Shown in pieces: positions 8,840-18,310 of a DNA stretch of 64,000 bases. Numbering within the stretch: position 1 is the stretch's first letter; the number at the start of each line of letters is the position of its first letter. Under the pieces are notes generated by a model that was not told the origin of the DNA, made no database searches, and was given only the letters and a program-made list of their open reading frames with translations. The position numbers and the translations under genes were made by a program. The DNA comes from a virus (Duplodnaviria > Caudoviricetes). Location of the stretch: positions 1-64,000 of the IMG/VR virus record IMGVR_UViG_3300031992_000018, one strand, 5' to 3'.

Positions 8840-11341
8840 ATGGCAGAAGTAAATATGCCTTATACAAGTGGTACTAATACTAGTACAAATGTATCTTTTG
8901 CAGATAGTAATTATACAGTTAGTTGTAGTAGTTTAAATTTATATAGATCATCAACAACATCTACTTCTGGATGGTATTTTAGTGGTACTTGGAATATAAC
9001 AAAGAATGGTTCTAGTATAGGAATTTCAAAAATTACATTATTATCATATGATTTGGTGACAATTGGAACATTTACTGGTTCTACTATGTCATCTAGTGTT
9101 ACATTTTCTTCATCTAATACAGGTGGAAGTTCATATGGATATATTTATCTTGAATTTAAATTTTCAGATACTAATACATATAGATTAAGAATAAATGTAT
9201 ATAAAGATAGTAAAATAACTACAGTATATTTAAAAAATAATTCTGGAAGTGTAGGTTATATACCATATCAATCAACAGCAAATTTTTATTTAGATTTAAA
9301 TACAACAAATGCTATTGGATTTGGTAAACAACTAGGTAAATATAAAACAACATTTAGTAGTAATTATTCAAATGCTATTAATATAACAAGTGGTAATAGT
9401 TATTTAAATACAATAACAGTATATCATCCTAATTATATTAAATTTCAAAATAAAATAACTGGTAGAGGTAATATTACTGTTACTGCAACTATTTATATAT
9501 ATGATTCAAATAGTACAAAGATAGATTCATCTACTAAATATATTATTGTACATGGATCTACTGCTAATGCACAATGGAATAATGTAAGCTTTGATCCAAA
9601 TACATTTCAAAGAAATATACCAACATCTACAAATCTTATTATTGGTCAATATTTACCAGCATCAGGTACTGGTCAAGTTGATTATTATTTTGCATTTACA
9701 AATATTACTGGTTCAACATCTGTATCAACATCTGATTTTAATATTAAGTCAGGTAATACTACATTAAATTTTAATACTAAATATTCAATTTCTACATATT
9801 TTAATAGAAGTGATTCTAGTATAACATTAAGAAATCCATTAACTATTACTAGTTCATTTTCATCTACATTTAATGGTTCAATAATTATAACATTATATAA
9901 TGCATCAAGTACATCTATATATAGTACTAGTGTATATATAAGTTTAACTGGTTCAGTAATAACATTAACATCTATAAAAACAGATTATTTTAAATATACT
10001 CCTAAACAATTAGGATTTTCTGGAAAAACATCATATGCTGTTATATATCAAAATCCAGGTTATAATTGTGGTTTACAAAAAGTTCAAGTATGGCCACCAA
10101 TTTATGATGTTACATTAGGTGACTTAAATAAAATTAATAGTAGTAAAATAAAATTTCCAGTAACTATAAATAGATATGATGGCCCAACTATAGTTGATAA
10201 TTCTTCTTATACATATTTAAGAAATAATGCCATTATACTAACTAGAGGTACTACTAGTTTTCCTATTTCAACATTAAATTCAACTGTTGATTATTCAACT
10301 TCAACTTATAGTAATTTGAATTTTGGTAATAATACATCAACTTATGCATTATATTCAAATAATGATTCATATACATTATTTTTAACGACAGCATCAAGTG
10401 GATTAAATAGAATACCAGATAATAGTTATACAAAAGAATCTACTAGTTCAACATTATCTTCATCTTCATTTGGATATTATTTTTGCGGATATTTTACTTT
10501 ACCAAATACATACGCATTTGGTCCTGGAACTGGTGGTATGAGAAATTATACTGGTACAAATTTATTAGATTGGAAATCATCAACTTATACATCTAAATAT
10601 AGATTTAATGGTTTTAGTGGATTAAAAGGATGGTATACAACAAGAGAACCAAATAAATGGAAATTATCAAGATCTGATTTTAATTCAGCTATAAATTATG
10701 TTGAATTAACAGCTAGTTATGATTTTTACAGAACTTTATGGAAACCATTAAATGGAAGTATTGGAAAAGAATATATTATATTATCTACTTCATCATCAAT
10801 GACAATTGGTGCTGGTGGTGGTGATGGTGATGATATCAGTATAAGTAATCAAACTATTTCTTCAGCAGAACAGTGGTATGGAGATGCTTGGTATGGAGAT
10901 CTTTTCGGTGGTAATGTATCAGCAGATGAAAGTTCTGGTGAAAATTATACTTTAACAAATAATTCATCTACTTCTGCATCAATACCACATTGGTATAGAA
11001 GTGGTAGTTCTATATATTTATATCTTGGAGATTATACATATTCTAGCGGAACTAATTGGATAGGAACTGCTATATTAACAGGAAAACCATCTGTATATTT
11101 TTATATTACAGACCGTGTATGGACAAATACATATAAAGTTGAAATATCTTGTTCATCAGATAATAGAACATCAATGACACAAGAAAGTACATCATCTAAT
11201 AGTAAAATTGTTTATATTTATCATTTTGGAGCTATTACTTCAGGATCTCAAGCAAGATTTTTTGCAGAACGTATGGGATATTTTTATTTAGATTATCGTA
11301 CACCAGTACAATGGAAATATAAAGTTCATTATACATCTTAA
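8840..11341 (+). CDS. Ser/Thr-rich beta-structured protein, probably virion-associated (fibre/adhesin-like)
   Basis: 833 aa, rich in S/T/N/Y/G; late-type motif at 8805. Confidence 0.5.
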   Translation: MAEVNMPYTSGTNTSTNVSFADSNYTVSCSSLNLYRSSTTSTSGWYFSGTWNITKNGSSIGISKITLLSYDLVTIGTFTGSTMSSSVTFSSSNTGGSSYGYIYLEFKFSDTNTYRLRINVYKDSKITTVYLKNNSGSVGYIPYQSTANFYLDLNTTNAIGFGKQLGKYKTTFSSNYSNAINITSGNSYLNTITVYHPNYIKFQNKITGRGNITVTATIYIYDSNSTKIDSSTKYIIVHGSTANAQWNNVSFDPNTFQRNIPTSTNLIIGQYLPASGTGQVDYYFAFTNITGSTSVSTSDFNIKSGNTTLNFNTKYSISTYFNRSDSSITLRNPLTITSSFSSTFNGSIIITLYNASSTSIYSTSVYISLTGSVITLTSIKTDYFKYTPKQLGFSGKTSYAVIYQNPGYNCGLQKVQVWPPIYDVTLGDLNKINSSKIKFPVTINRYDGPTIVDNSSYTYLRNNAIILTRGTTSFPISTLNSTVDYSTSTYSNLNFGNNTSTYALYSNNDSYTLFLTTASSGLNRIPDNSYTKESTSSTLSSSSFGYYFCGYFTLPNTYAFGPGTGGMRNYTGTNLLDWKSSTYTSKYRFNGFSGLKGWYTTREPNKWKLSRSDFNSAINYVELTASYDFYRTLWKPLNGSIGKEYIILSTSSSMTIGAGGGDGDDISISNQTISSAEQWYGDAWYGDLFGGNVSADESSGENYTLTNNSSTSASIPHWYRSGSSIYLYLGDYTYSSGTNWIGTAILTGKPSVYFYITDRVWTNTYKVEISCSSDNRTSMTQESTSSNSKIVYIYHFGAITSGSQARFFAERMGYFYLDYRTPVQWKYKVHYTS

Positions 11342-11383
11342 AGAGAAATTCTTTTGAATTTCTCTTTTTTATTTCTATATTAT
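11340..11383 (+). promoter_or_regulatory. Terminator hairpin plus early-type promoter (TTGAAT..TTTCTATATTAT)
   Basis: AAAGAGAAATTC/GAATTTCTCTTT stem carrying the -35-like TTGAAT. Confidence 0.6.
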
Positions 11384-11401
11384 TAGTGTAAAACAGCAAA
11401 C

Positions 11402-12427
11402 ATGAACATTATGGAGACCATCAACAACACCCCTGCACGCAAAGACAACCGCAACACTGAGTACATCGCTAAGGCTACTAAAGAGCTCACTGCGCTTTTT
11501 GAGCATGTAAATAAAGCTAAAGAAGAGAATAAGACTTATGGATATGCTGGTATTCCAGGTATTCTTAATAAGATGATGGAAGTTGGCATTGATAAGATTT
11601 TCTTTGTAGGTCGTGATTATCATGGTCGTTATGAAGATGATGATTGCTACTTCACCTATTGGAATGAAGCAGAGAAGAAGTTTGAGCATGATGAGTGGAG
11701 TACTCGTTTCGCTGCTCCTTCTTATGACTTGTACGAGATGCCTATTGCATTCTCAGTTGCTTGGGATGAAGGTATGATTGATAAGGAAGCATACCTTGAG
11801 CATATGAAGAGTCTTAATCTTGAGACTCTGTCTAATAAGCATTTTGACAAGGATGTTGCTGAAGATTATTGCTTGAGAGTTAAGATTGAAAAAGGTAGGA
11901 AGTGGAAGGGTGAGGGATATCTTATCAATATTACAGAGTCTTCTTATCGGTTTGCTACTCCGATGTTTAGAAATCATAATGATGATTTTGGAGTATCTAC
12001 TTCAAGAACTGCAGTCATCTGGGACCCTATTACTAATACAATCAATCGTGCTAATGCTCAGTATCTTAAGTTCATTGATGCTGAAGATATTATGGAGAAA
12101 TATACCTTCTGGGCTAAAGCAATCATTATGAATGCAACTATCCAGAATGTCCATCCTGTATCAAGCTTCGGAAGTTATGTTCTTGATGTAGATTACTCTT
12201 TTGAAAAGTTTATGAGTGATGTATGGATGAAAGAACACAATATTCCTTCTGAATATTATGCTAATGCTTATGATGCTGAGGCTGAAGAAAAGCGCCGTAA
12301 GCTTTCTGAGCTTAGTGCTGAAAAGATGCCTGGAATCATCGAATGGGTAAAGAATAATACCGATAAGACTGGAGATGAAGTAATCAAACTCGCTATCCAT
12401 ATCTTCAATAAGAATTACAATAGGTAA
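11402..12427 (+). CDS. Hypothetical early protein
   Basis: 341 aa; codon usage (AAG, GAG, AAC, TTC) distinct from the structural genes. Confidence 0.8.
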   Translation: MNIMETINNTPARKDNRNTEYIAKATKELTALFEHVNKAKEENKTYGYAGIPGILNKMMEVGIDKIFFVGRDYHGRYEDDDCYFTYWNEAEKKFEHDEWSTRFAAPSYDLYEMPIAFSVAWDEGMIDKEAYLEHMKSLNLETLSNKHFDKDVAEDYCLRVKIEKGRKWKGEGYLINITESSYRFATPMFRNHNDDFGVSTSRTAVIWDPITNTINRANAQYLKFIDAEDIMEKYTFWAKAIIMNATIQNVHPVSSFGSYVLDVDYSFEKFMSDVWMKEHNIPSEYYANAYDAEAEEKRRKLSELSAEKMPGIIEWVKNNTDKTGDEVIKLAIHIFNKNYNR

Positions 12428-12443
12428 TTCTATATATAAAAAG

Positions 12444-12479
12444 AAAAATCCTCTCAAGTTTTTTGAGAGGATTTTTTTT
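12444..12479. terminator. Bidirectional terminator
   Basis: AAAAATCCTCTCAA/TTGAGAGGATTTTT between convergent genes. Confidence 0.8.
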
Positions 12480-12855
12480 ATTCTTCAACTACTTCTTCAT
12501 CTGGAATTGGAACTTCTTCATCATCACCTTCACATGTTTGTGTATTCTTATGTGATGTATTATATATATATTTATTTTCACTCCATTCACTTCCAGCCTT
12601 TGTAAGACCTGCTGCAGCAAATAATGATGCAACTGCTCCTATAAATCCAGCAGCTTCTCCCATACTAACTGTTATAGTATGTTGGTATATAATATCAACT
12701 ATCATACCAGCAATAAGTACACCAAGAAGTATCATACCTATAATAGTAGTACATACAAGGAAGAAATTCTTAGAACTTACACCAGTATTGCTTGATATAA
12801 GTTTCATAAAGAATGATTTTTTAACAGCGCTCATAATAAAATTTTGTAATGCCAT
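12478..12855 (-). CDS. Two-TM membrane protein, possible holin
   Basis: Two hydrophobic helices, acidic C-terminal tail, downstream of the terminase. Confidence 0.45.
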   Translation of the reverse strand: MALQNFIMSAVKKSFFMKLISSNTGVSSKNFFLVCTTIIGMILLGVLIAGMIVDIIYQHTITVSMGEAAGFIGAVASLFAAAGLTKAGSEWSENKYIYNTSHKNTQTCEGDDEEVPIPDEEVVEE

Positions 12856-12919
12856 TTTTTATTTTCATAAGATATAGTTTTGTTTTACCATACCTCATAC
12901 TCTATGATTAAAAATAAAA

Positions 12920-14869
12920 TTAAAATGAATATAAATCCATACCTTGTGACATATACATATTTCCCAACATATCCATTTCATTTGTATTATTAGAAAATGG
13001 ATCAGAAATAGTAATTATATTATTTATAGAATTATATATATTTATTGATTCAAGTTCTTGATAATTATTGTCATTATTAGATTTATTCATTAATTGCATT
13101 GTTTCTATTTCTTCAACAATATCTTTATATTTAGGAGTATTTTTTAACATTGGTATCTGACAAAGAGTCATAACAATATCATCGTGACCTGATGATGCTT
13201 GATAAGAACCATTACCATTTTTATCTTCAAAGTTTTCTATTTCTCCTATAGTTCTAAGATCAGTAATTTCAATATTGAATTTTTCAAGTTCCATTTTAAG
13301 AAGTGCGCAAGCTGTCTTCTTATTATTAGCAGTAAATTTAATTCCTGGAATAGTTTTTCTCTTAGAATTATTATGTCCAGGTATATTTTCATCTTCTGGT
13401 CCTTTTTTATATTGTATCAATCTTGTTGTATCAAATCCTTGACTAGATATATTAAATCTCCATAAAGATTCTCTCATATAATCTGGTTCATTTAAATTAA
13501 GTATATATTGATAAAAAAGAGCACCATATGTATTCCATTCTATTGAGAATATACACCTGTCATTATTAAATAATTGATTACATAATAACCAATATTCAAG
13601 AGCTGCATGTTCAAGATCAAGATTATTACATTTCCAATAACCAACTTGTTTGAATTTATCTTTACCAGTCATTTGTAATATATGAAATACTGTATTATCA
13701 GCATCACCTCCACCACCTTCAGCAAGGTCAGCAAGTATTACAAAATAACCAGTCTTTAATTCTTCAGTATCAAAATTTGGATGCCAATATAAACAATCTT
13801 TTTTCTGTATATATATTTCAAAGTCTGGTCTTGATTCAAATAATATTGATTTATCTCTAAGTACACCAAGACATTCTCTTGAAACAAGACATAAATCTGA
13901 TGCAGCAAATTCTGTACCAAATTGATAATAGAAAGCTTCTTTACTTCCTAATTTACCAATCATTTCATTTTTCCATTTTTCTGTTCTCTTTTCCCATTTC
14001 TTAGTATCTTTATTAAATTGTGGTACTTGATCCCAGTCTACTTTAAATGGAGCATAACCATTTCTTTTTTCTATAGCTCCTTTATATAATTCATAAAATA
14101 GATTAAATCCATTTTGTGTACTCATAATAGCAACATGAGCATTAGGAAGAGTTACTACAGTAGGAAGAATATTCTGATAGAAAAGTTCTACATCATTCTT
14201 AGGACACCAAGCAAACTCATCAAGAATAAGGAAGTTGATAGTTTTACCAAGTCCAGCTGTTGGTGAGAAAGCTTCAGTTGAAATTGATGAGTTATTATCA
14301 AAAGATATTTCATGTTGGTTCCATTTCATTGTACCAGCCTTAAGATAATAAGGAAGATTAAGGTACATATCTTTAAGTTTTGAAAGAAGGTCAATACCTG
14401 CAGGACCTGATTTTGAAAGAATAAGTCCTGTCATATCAATATTGAAAAGAATAACCCAAAGACAGAATATCGCAGTAGTTGTTGATTTACCAGCTTGACG
14501 GCATGATAACATAATTGTAAAATTATTCTTCTGGAGCATTCTTAAATATTCAACCTGATAATCTCTTAAGACACATGGTCTAAGTCCTTCTGGTGTCATA
14601 AGAAAGCACTTAGAAGCGAAATAAACAGGATCTTCCTTACATTTTTTATAGTCATCAACTTCTTCTTGAGTTCTTTTATATACTAAATCTGGTTTTAACA
14701 ATTGAACATTCTTTCCACAAAAAGGATTACTTTTAAGAGGTAAACCTTTCTTTATAGCATCAACAGCTAATTTAAATGCCTTTGTTGTCCATACAATTCT
14801 TTCAGCCGCTTGTCCATTAATTGTTTCCTTTACAGGATTAAATTCATAAACAAATTCTTTTTTAGCCAT
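12920..14869 (-). CDS. Terminase large subunit (T4 gp17-like)
   Basis: C..DPVYF, LRDYQ, SCRQAGKSTT (Walker A), LILDEFA (Walker B), STQNG, ADLAEG, GHDDIVM; probable start MAKKEF at 14869. Confidence 0.95.
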   Translation of the reverse strand: MAKKEFVYEFNPVKETINGQAAERIVWTTKAFKLAVDAIKKGLPLKSNPFCGKNVQLLKPDLVYKRTQEEVDDYKKCKEDPVYFASKCFLMTPEGLRPCVLRDYQVEYLRMLQKNNFTIMLSCRQAGKSTTTAIFCLWVILFNIDMTGLILSKSGPAGIDLLSKLKDMYLNLPYYLKAGTMKWNQHEISFDNNSSISTEAFSPTAGLGKTINFLILDEFAWCPKNDVELFYQNILPTVVTLPNAHVAIMSTQNGFNLFYELYKGAIEKRNGYAPFKVDWDQVPQFNKDTKKWEKRTEKWKNEMIGKLGSKEAFYYQFGTEFAASDLCLVSRECLGVLRDKSILFESRPDFEIYIQKKDCLYWHPNFDTEELKTGYFVILADLAEGGGGDADNTVFHILQMTGKDKFKQVGYWKCNNLDLEHAALEYWLLCNQLFNNDRCIFSIEWNTYGALFYQYILNLNEPDYMRESLWRFNISSQGFDTTRLIQYKKGPEDENIPGHNNSKRKTIPGIKFTANNKKTACALLKMELEKFNIEITDLRTIGEIENFEDKNGNGSYQASSGHDDIVMTLCQIPMLKNTPKYKDIVEEIETMQLMNKSNNDNNYQELESINIYNSINNIITISDPFSNNTNEMDMLGNMYMSQGMDLYSF

Positions 14870-14920
14870 AAAATTTATAAAAATATTACTATATTTTATA
14901 TATAACAATAAATAAAAAAT

Positions 14921-15412
14921 ATGAAAAGTATTGAAAGATATATTCTAGAAGGTTCTAGATTTGTAGTTTTTGTAATGTGTGGTCTTCCTGGATCTGGTAA
15001 ATCTACATGGGCTAAGGAGAACCATCCAGATTTGACTATTGTTTCTAGAGATGTTATTCGTGCAAAACTTGGTTTTACTAAGGATGCTGATGAAAAGGCT
15101 GTTCTTACTGCAGGCCAAGAAAAACAAGTAACTACAGAGGAATATTGGCAGATATCTAAACTTGCTAAGAAGAAACAGTCATTTATTGTAGATGATACAA
15201 ATTCAGTACCTAAATATAGAAAGGAATTACTTAAGACTCTTAAAAATTATGGAGCTAAGATAATTGGTGTTAATATTGAAACACCATTAGAAATTTGTAT
15301 TAACCGTCGTAAAGGACAAATTCCTAAAGATGTAATGGAACGTCTTGCTGCTAAAAGACTTCCTCTTAGAAAAGAAGATGTAGATGAACTATTAAATGTA
15401 AAAGGTTACTAA
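14921..15412 (+). CDS. AAA_33/polynucleotide-kinase-like P-loop kinase with capsid-targeting-like N-terminus
   Basis: MCGLPGSGKST, SRDVIR, IVDDTN, TPLEICINR; N-terminus MKSIERYILE. Confidence 0.85.
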   Translation: MKSIERYILEGSRFVVFVMCGLPGSGKSTWAKENHPDLTIVSRDVIRAKLGFTKDADEKAVLTAGQEKQVTTEEYWQISKLAKKKQSFIVDDTNSVPKYRKELLKTLKNYGAKIIGVNIETPLEICINRRKGQIPKDVMERLAAKRLPLRKEDVDELLNVKGY

Positions 15413-15452
15413 AATTAATTAGTAACCTTTTTTTTGATAGTAGTATTTATAA

Positions 15453-16244
15453 TTATGAGGTTTTCTTTGGACGACCTCTTTTCTTTGTTTGTGGATTATA
15501 TGTATTAAATAATTCCATTATATATTCTTTTTTCATATCATATGAAAGTGAATCGATAGCACTTGCAAATTTTTGTTCAATTGTATTTGACATACTATTT
15601 TTTACTAAACCTCTTGTATATACATATATAGTAGAAATAATATTTGCAAATTTATATCCTAAGAAATGAAGTGTATATAAAAATCCTTCTCCACACATTC
15701 CAGTTTCATATTCTGGATAGAAATAAACTTTATTAGTAAATTTTTCTAAACATTTTCTTCTGAACATACAACTTTGGAAATGACAAATATTTAATATTGG
15801 ATTACCATTTTTAAGATATTCAGTAATTTGATCATTATTTAATTCTATAAATGTATTAGGAAGAATTCTTTTATCTGAAAACATTACTGATGTAGAAACA
15901 ACATCTATATCTGGATTATTATCTAAAAATTTTACTTGTTCTTCAAGTTTATTGCTATCAACTAAATCATCACTATCAATAAAACAAATATATTCACTGT
16001 CAACTTTACTTAAAATAAAATTATGTGAATTTATATAACCACTTTCTTCAGTTTGCCAAGCAATAAGATTTTTATTATTGTTTTGATATTCAAATAAAAC
16101 ATCAATTGTTTTATCTAATGATTTACCATCACATACTAAAACATCATAGTCTTTATATGTCTGATTTAATACTGTATTCAATGATGTTTTTATAACAGAT
16201 TGCCTATTATAAACACATACACATATTGTTACCTTTTTACTCAT
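15453..16244 (-). CDS. Family 2 glycosyltransferase with C-terminal AT-hook-like motif
   Basis: VYN, NQTY, DG.S.D.T, FIDSDD; C-terminal KKRGRPKK. Confidence 0.85.
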   Translation of the reverse strand: MSKKVTICVCVYNRQSVIKTSLNTVLNQTYKDYDVLVCDGKSLDKTIDVLFEYQNNNKNLIAWQTEESGYINSHNFILSKVDSEYICFIDSDDLVDSNKLEEQVKFLDNNPDIDVVSTSVMFSDKRILPNTFIELNNDQITEYLKNGNPILNICHFQSCMFRRKCLEKFTNKVYFYPEYETGMCGEGFLYTLHFLGYKFANIISTIYVYTRGLVKNSMSNTIEQKFASAIDSLSYDMKKEYIMELFNTYNPQTKKRGRPKKTS

Positions 16245-16263
16245 ATATATAATTACTTTTATT

Positions 16264-17160
16264 TTATAAAATATCTGTCAATTTTGGAAGAGGAGGATAA
16301 ATTGGTGGTATTGCTATACCAGTTAATTGTCTTACAACCATTATTGCTTTTGTAATTGCATTTTGTACTTTTACTTGTGCATCTGCAACAGTTTTTTCTA
16401 TAAGTGATTGTGATTTTTTCAATACAAATATCTGAGCAGAATTTATTGCTTCAGCCGCAGCAGTTCCAATAGCACATCCAAGAGATTCAATAGCAGCATC
16501 TCTTACATTTTCTAACATAAGAGCATATGAACCAATAAAACCATTTGCTTTTTTTACAATAAGATTTGTATATGAATTAGCTTGTGATATAACCCAGTCT
16601 GGTCCTTGTTGAACATATGCTGTTATTGTACTAATACCAGATTCTAAAGATCCTAATACTTTGTCTTTAAATTCTACACATTGACCTAATCCATTAGTTA
16701 TCTTATCTTTTATATCATTTAATTTTTTCTCCTGTTCTTTATCTCTGAATTTTTTAGTTTCCTCTTCAGCTTTCTTTTGTTTGATTTTACTTAATAAATC
16801 ACCTGGTTTCATTATCTTTTCAGTAGTCCAATATCCTACTGATTCTAATAATTTGTCTCCTATAGAATTTAGATTTGTTAAATCAGCAAATCTATCTGAT
16901 AAATAAGATGTAACTGCTTGTGTAGCAATTGTTAAACAATGTTGTCCTAAATCTACAGTTATTTTTTTATATAATTGTGGATCTATTAATGTATTTACTG
17001 TTAAAATACTATCATCTATAATATTATCTACTCTTGAGAATACATTAGCAGCTTCACCACGTAAAAAACTAGATCCAGCATTTAAAGTAACCATTTCAAG
17101 ATTACCTAATAAATCTCCTGGAAGTCCTTCTTTACGTATATAATTTGTTGGATTACTCAT
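16264..17160 (-). CDS. Hypothetical helical protein in the structural operon
   Basis: 298-aa ORF translationally coupled to the spike gene. Confidence 0.7.
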   Translation of the reverse strand: MSNPTNYIRKEGLPGDLLGNLEMVTLNAGSSFLRGEAANVFSRVDNIIDDSILTVNTLIDPQLYKKITVDLGQHCLTIATQAVTSYLSDRFADLTNLNSIGDKLLESVGYWTTEKIMKPGDLLSKIKQKKAEEETKKFRDKEQEKKLNDIKDKITNGLGQCVEFKDKVLGSLESGISTITAYVQQGPDWVISQANSYTNLIVKKANGFIGSYALMLENVRDAAIESLGCAIGTAAAEAINSAQIFVLKKSQSLIEKTVADAQVKVQNAITKAIMVVRQLTGIAIPPIYPPLPKLTDIL

Positions 17161-17852
17161 TAATTTACTTTTGTATTATTTGTTAATAATGATTGTGTAT
17201 TAGCAAGAGTATTTACACATTCTTCAAACCCTTTTGCAAGAGGAGTTGTATATACACCAAATGTTGCAGCTGCTTGAAGAGATAAAAAATTACCTTTTAG
17301 TTGTTCTAACATATTTACAAGGGTTTGTCCAAAAACTGCTGGTTGCATTTCTTTTGATTCATCACCAATAAATACACCACCATCTTTTACTGTTATGCTA
17401 GATTTTCCAGATGTTATCTTTATTATATTATCTGGAGTTAATACTATATTTGTATCATTTCCATTTTTTATTACAATACCTTCTGAAGGTCTATAATATA
17501 CATATACTCCATTTTCTCCAGATGACCTACTTAAAAGTACTTCTCCTTCTTGATAATCATTATCATCAGATGAAATAATTTCTTTAGTATCATCATTAAG
17601 TTGGAACATTGGAATATACCAGAATTCATGATAATCTGAATCACAAAAAATCCATATCTTAGAACCAACACGTAATTTAGAAAATCTCTGATATCCATTC
17701 ATAGTAAATGGATATATCCATGGAAGACCTTCTTTATTCATTACTGATGAATCAAAAAGACCAGGGGAATCAGCTTTTATTCTACCAATATATTTTGGAT
17801 CATTCACATCTATTACTATTCCAGGTAATACTTTTATATCTTTAAGTTCCAT
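17160..17852 (-). CDS. Baseplate central spike (gp5/gpV/VgrG-type OB fold)
   Basis: GIVIDVNDPKYIGRIKA..LPWIYP..GSKIWI followed by beta-strand repeats. Confidence 0.75.
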   Translation of the reverse strand: MELKDIKVLPGIVIDVNDPKYIGRIKADSPGLFDSSVMNKEGLPWIYPFTMNGYQRFSKLRVGSKIWIFCDSDYHEFWYIPMFQLNDDTKEIISSDDNDYQEGEVLLSRSSGENGVYVYYRPSEGIVIKNGNDTNIVLTPDNIIKITSGKSSITVKDGGVFIGDESKEMQPAVFGQTLVNMLEQLKGNFLSLQAAATFGVYTTPLAKGFEECVNTLANTQSLLTNNTKVN

Positions 17853-18295
17853 TATCTAGTTATTGAATATGTTACATGTATTTCATCTCTTCCTTTATGA
17901 TATCCTTTCCAAATTTGTATTACTGGAAATTCTCCAGAATCAAACATTTTCTTAAACTCTTCTTCAGAGAAATAATTTAAATCTGGAAACATCTCAGTAA
18001 ATAATGCTGCACATCTATCTGTAGGAATTTCAGAATATATCTTTTCAGTACTTACATCACCACCATTAGGTACACCATATCTTTGAAAGAATAAATCATA
18101 TGTATACAATGATGTAAGTCCGCAATTTGGAGCAGCGGTATCTCTAATTATACTTGCACACTTAGTTGTAAAATCTCTAAGTATAGTATCAATTATTTCT
18201 TCATCAGTAGTTTCTTTATTAAATTTAAATAAACCACCAATAATTTTCTTTACATCGCTTGTTGCTTCAGCAATATATTCTACTAAATGCTTCAT
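17852..18295 (-). CDS. Hypothetical protein with capsid-targeting-like N-terminus
   Basis: MKHLVEYIAE; directly downstream of the portal gene. Confidence 0.7.
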   Translation of the reverse strand: MKHLVEYIAEATSDVKKIIGGLFKFNKETTDEEIIDTILRDFTTKCASIIRDTAAPNCGLTSLYTYDLFFQRYGVPNGGDVSTEKIYSEIPTDRCAALFTEMFPDLNYFSEEEFKKMFDSGEFPVIQIWKGYHKGRDEIHVTYSITR

Positions 18296-18310
18296 ATTAT
18301 TTATTTTATA

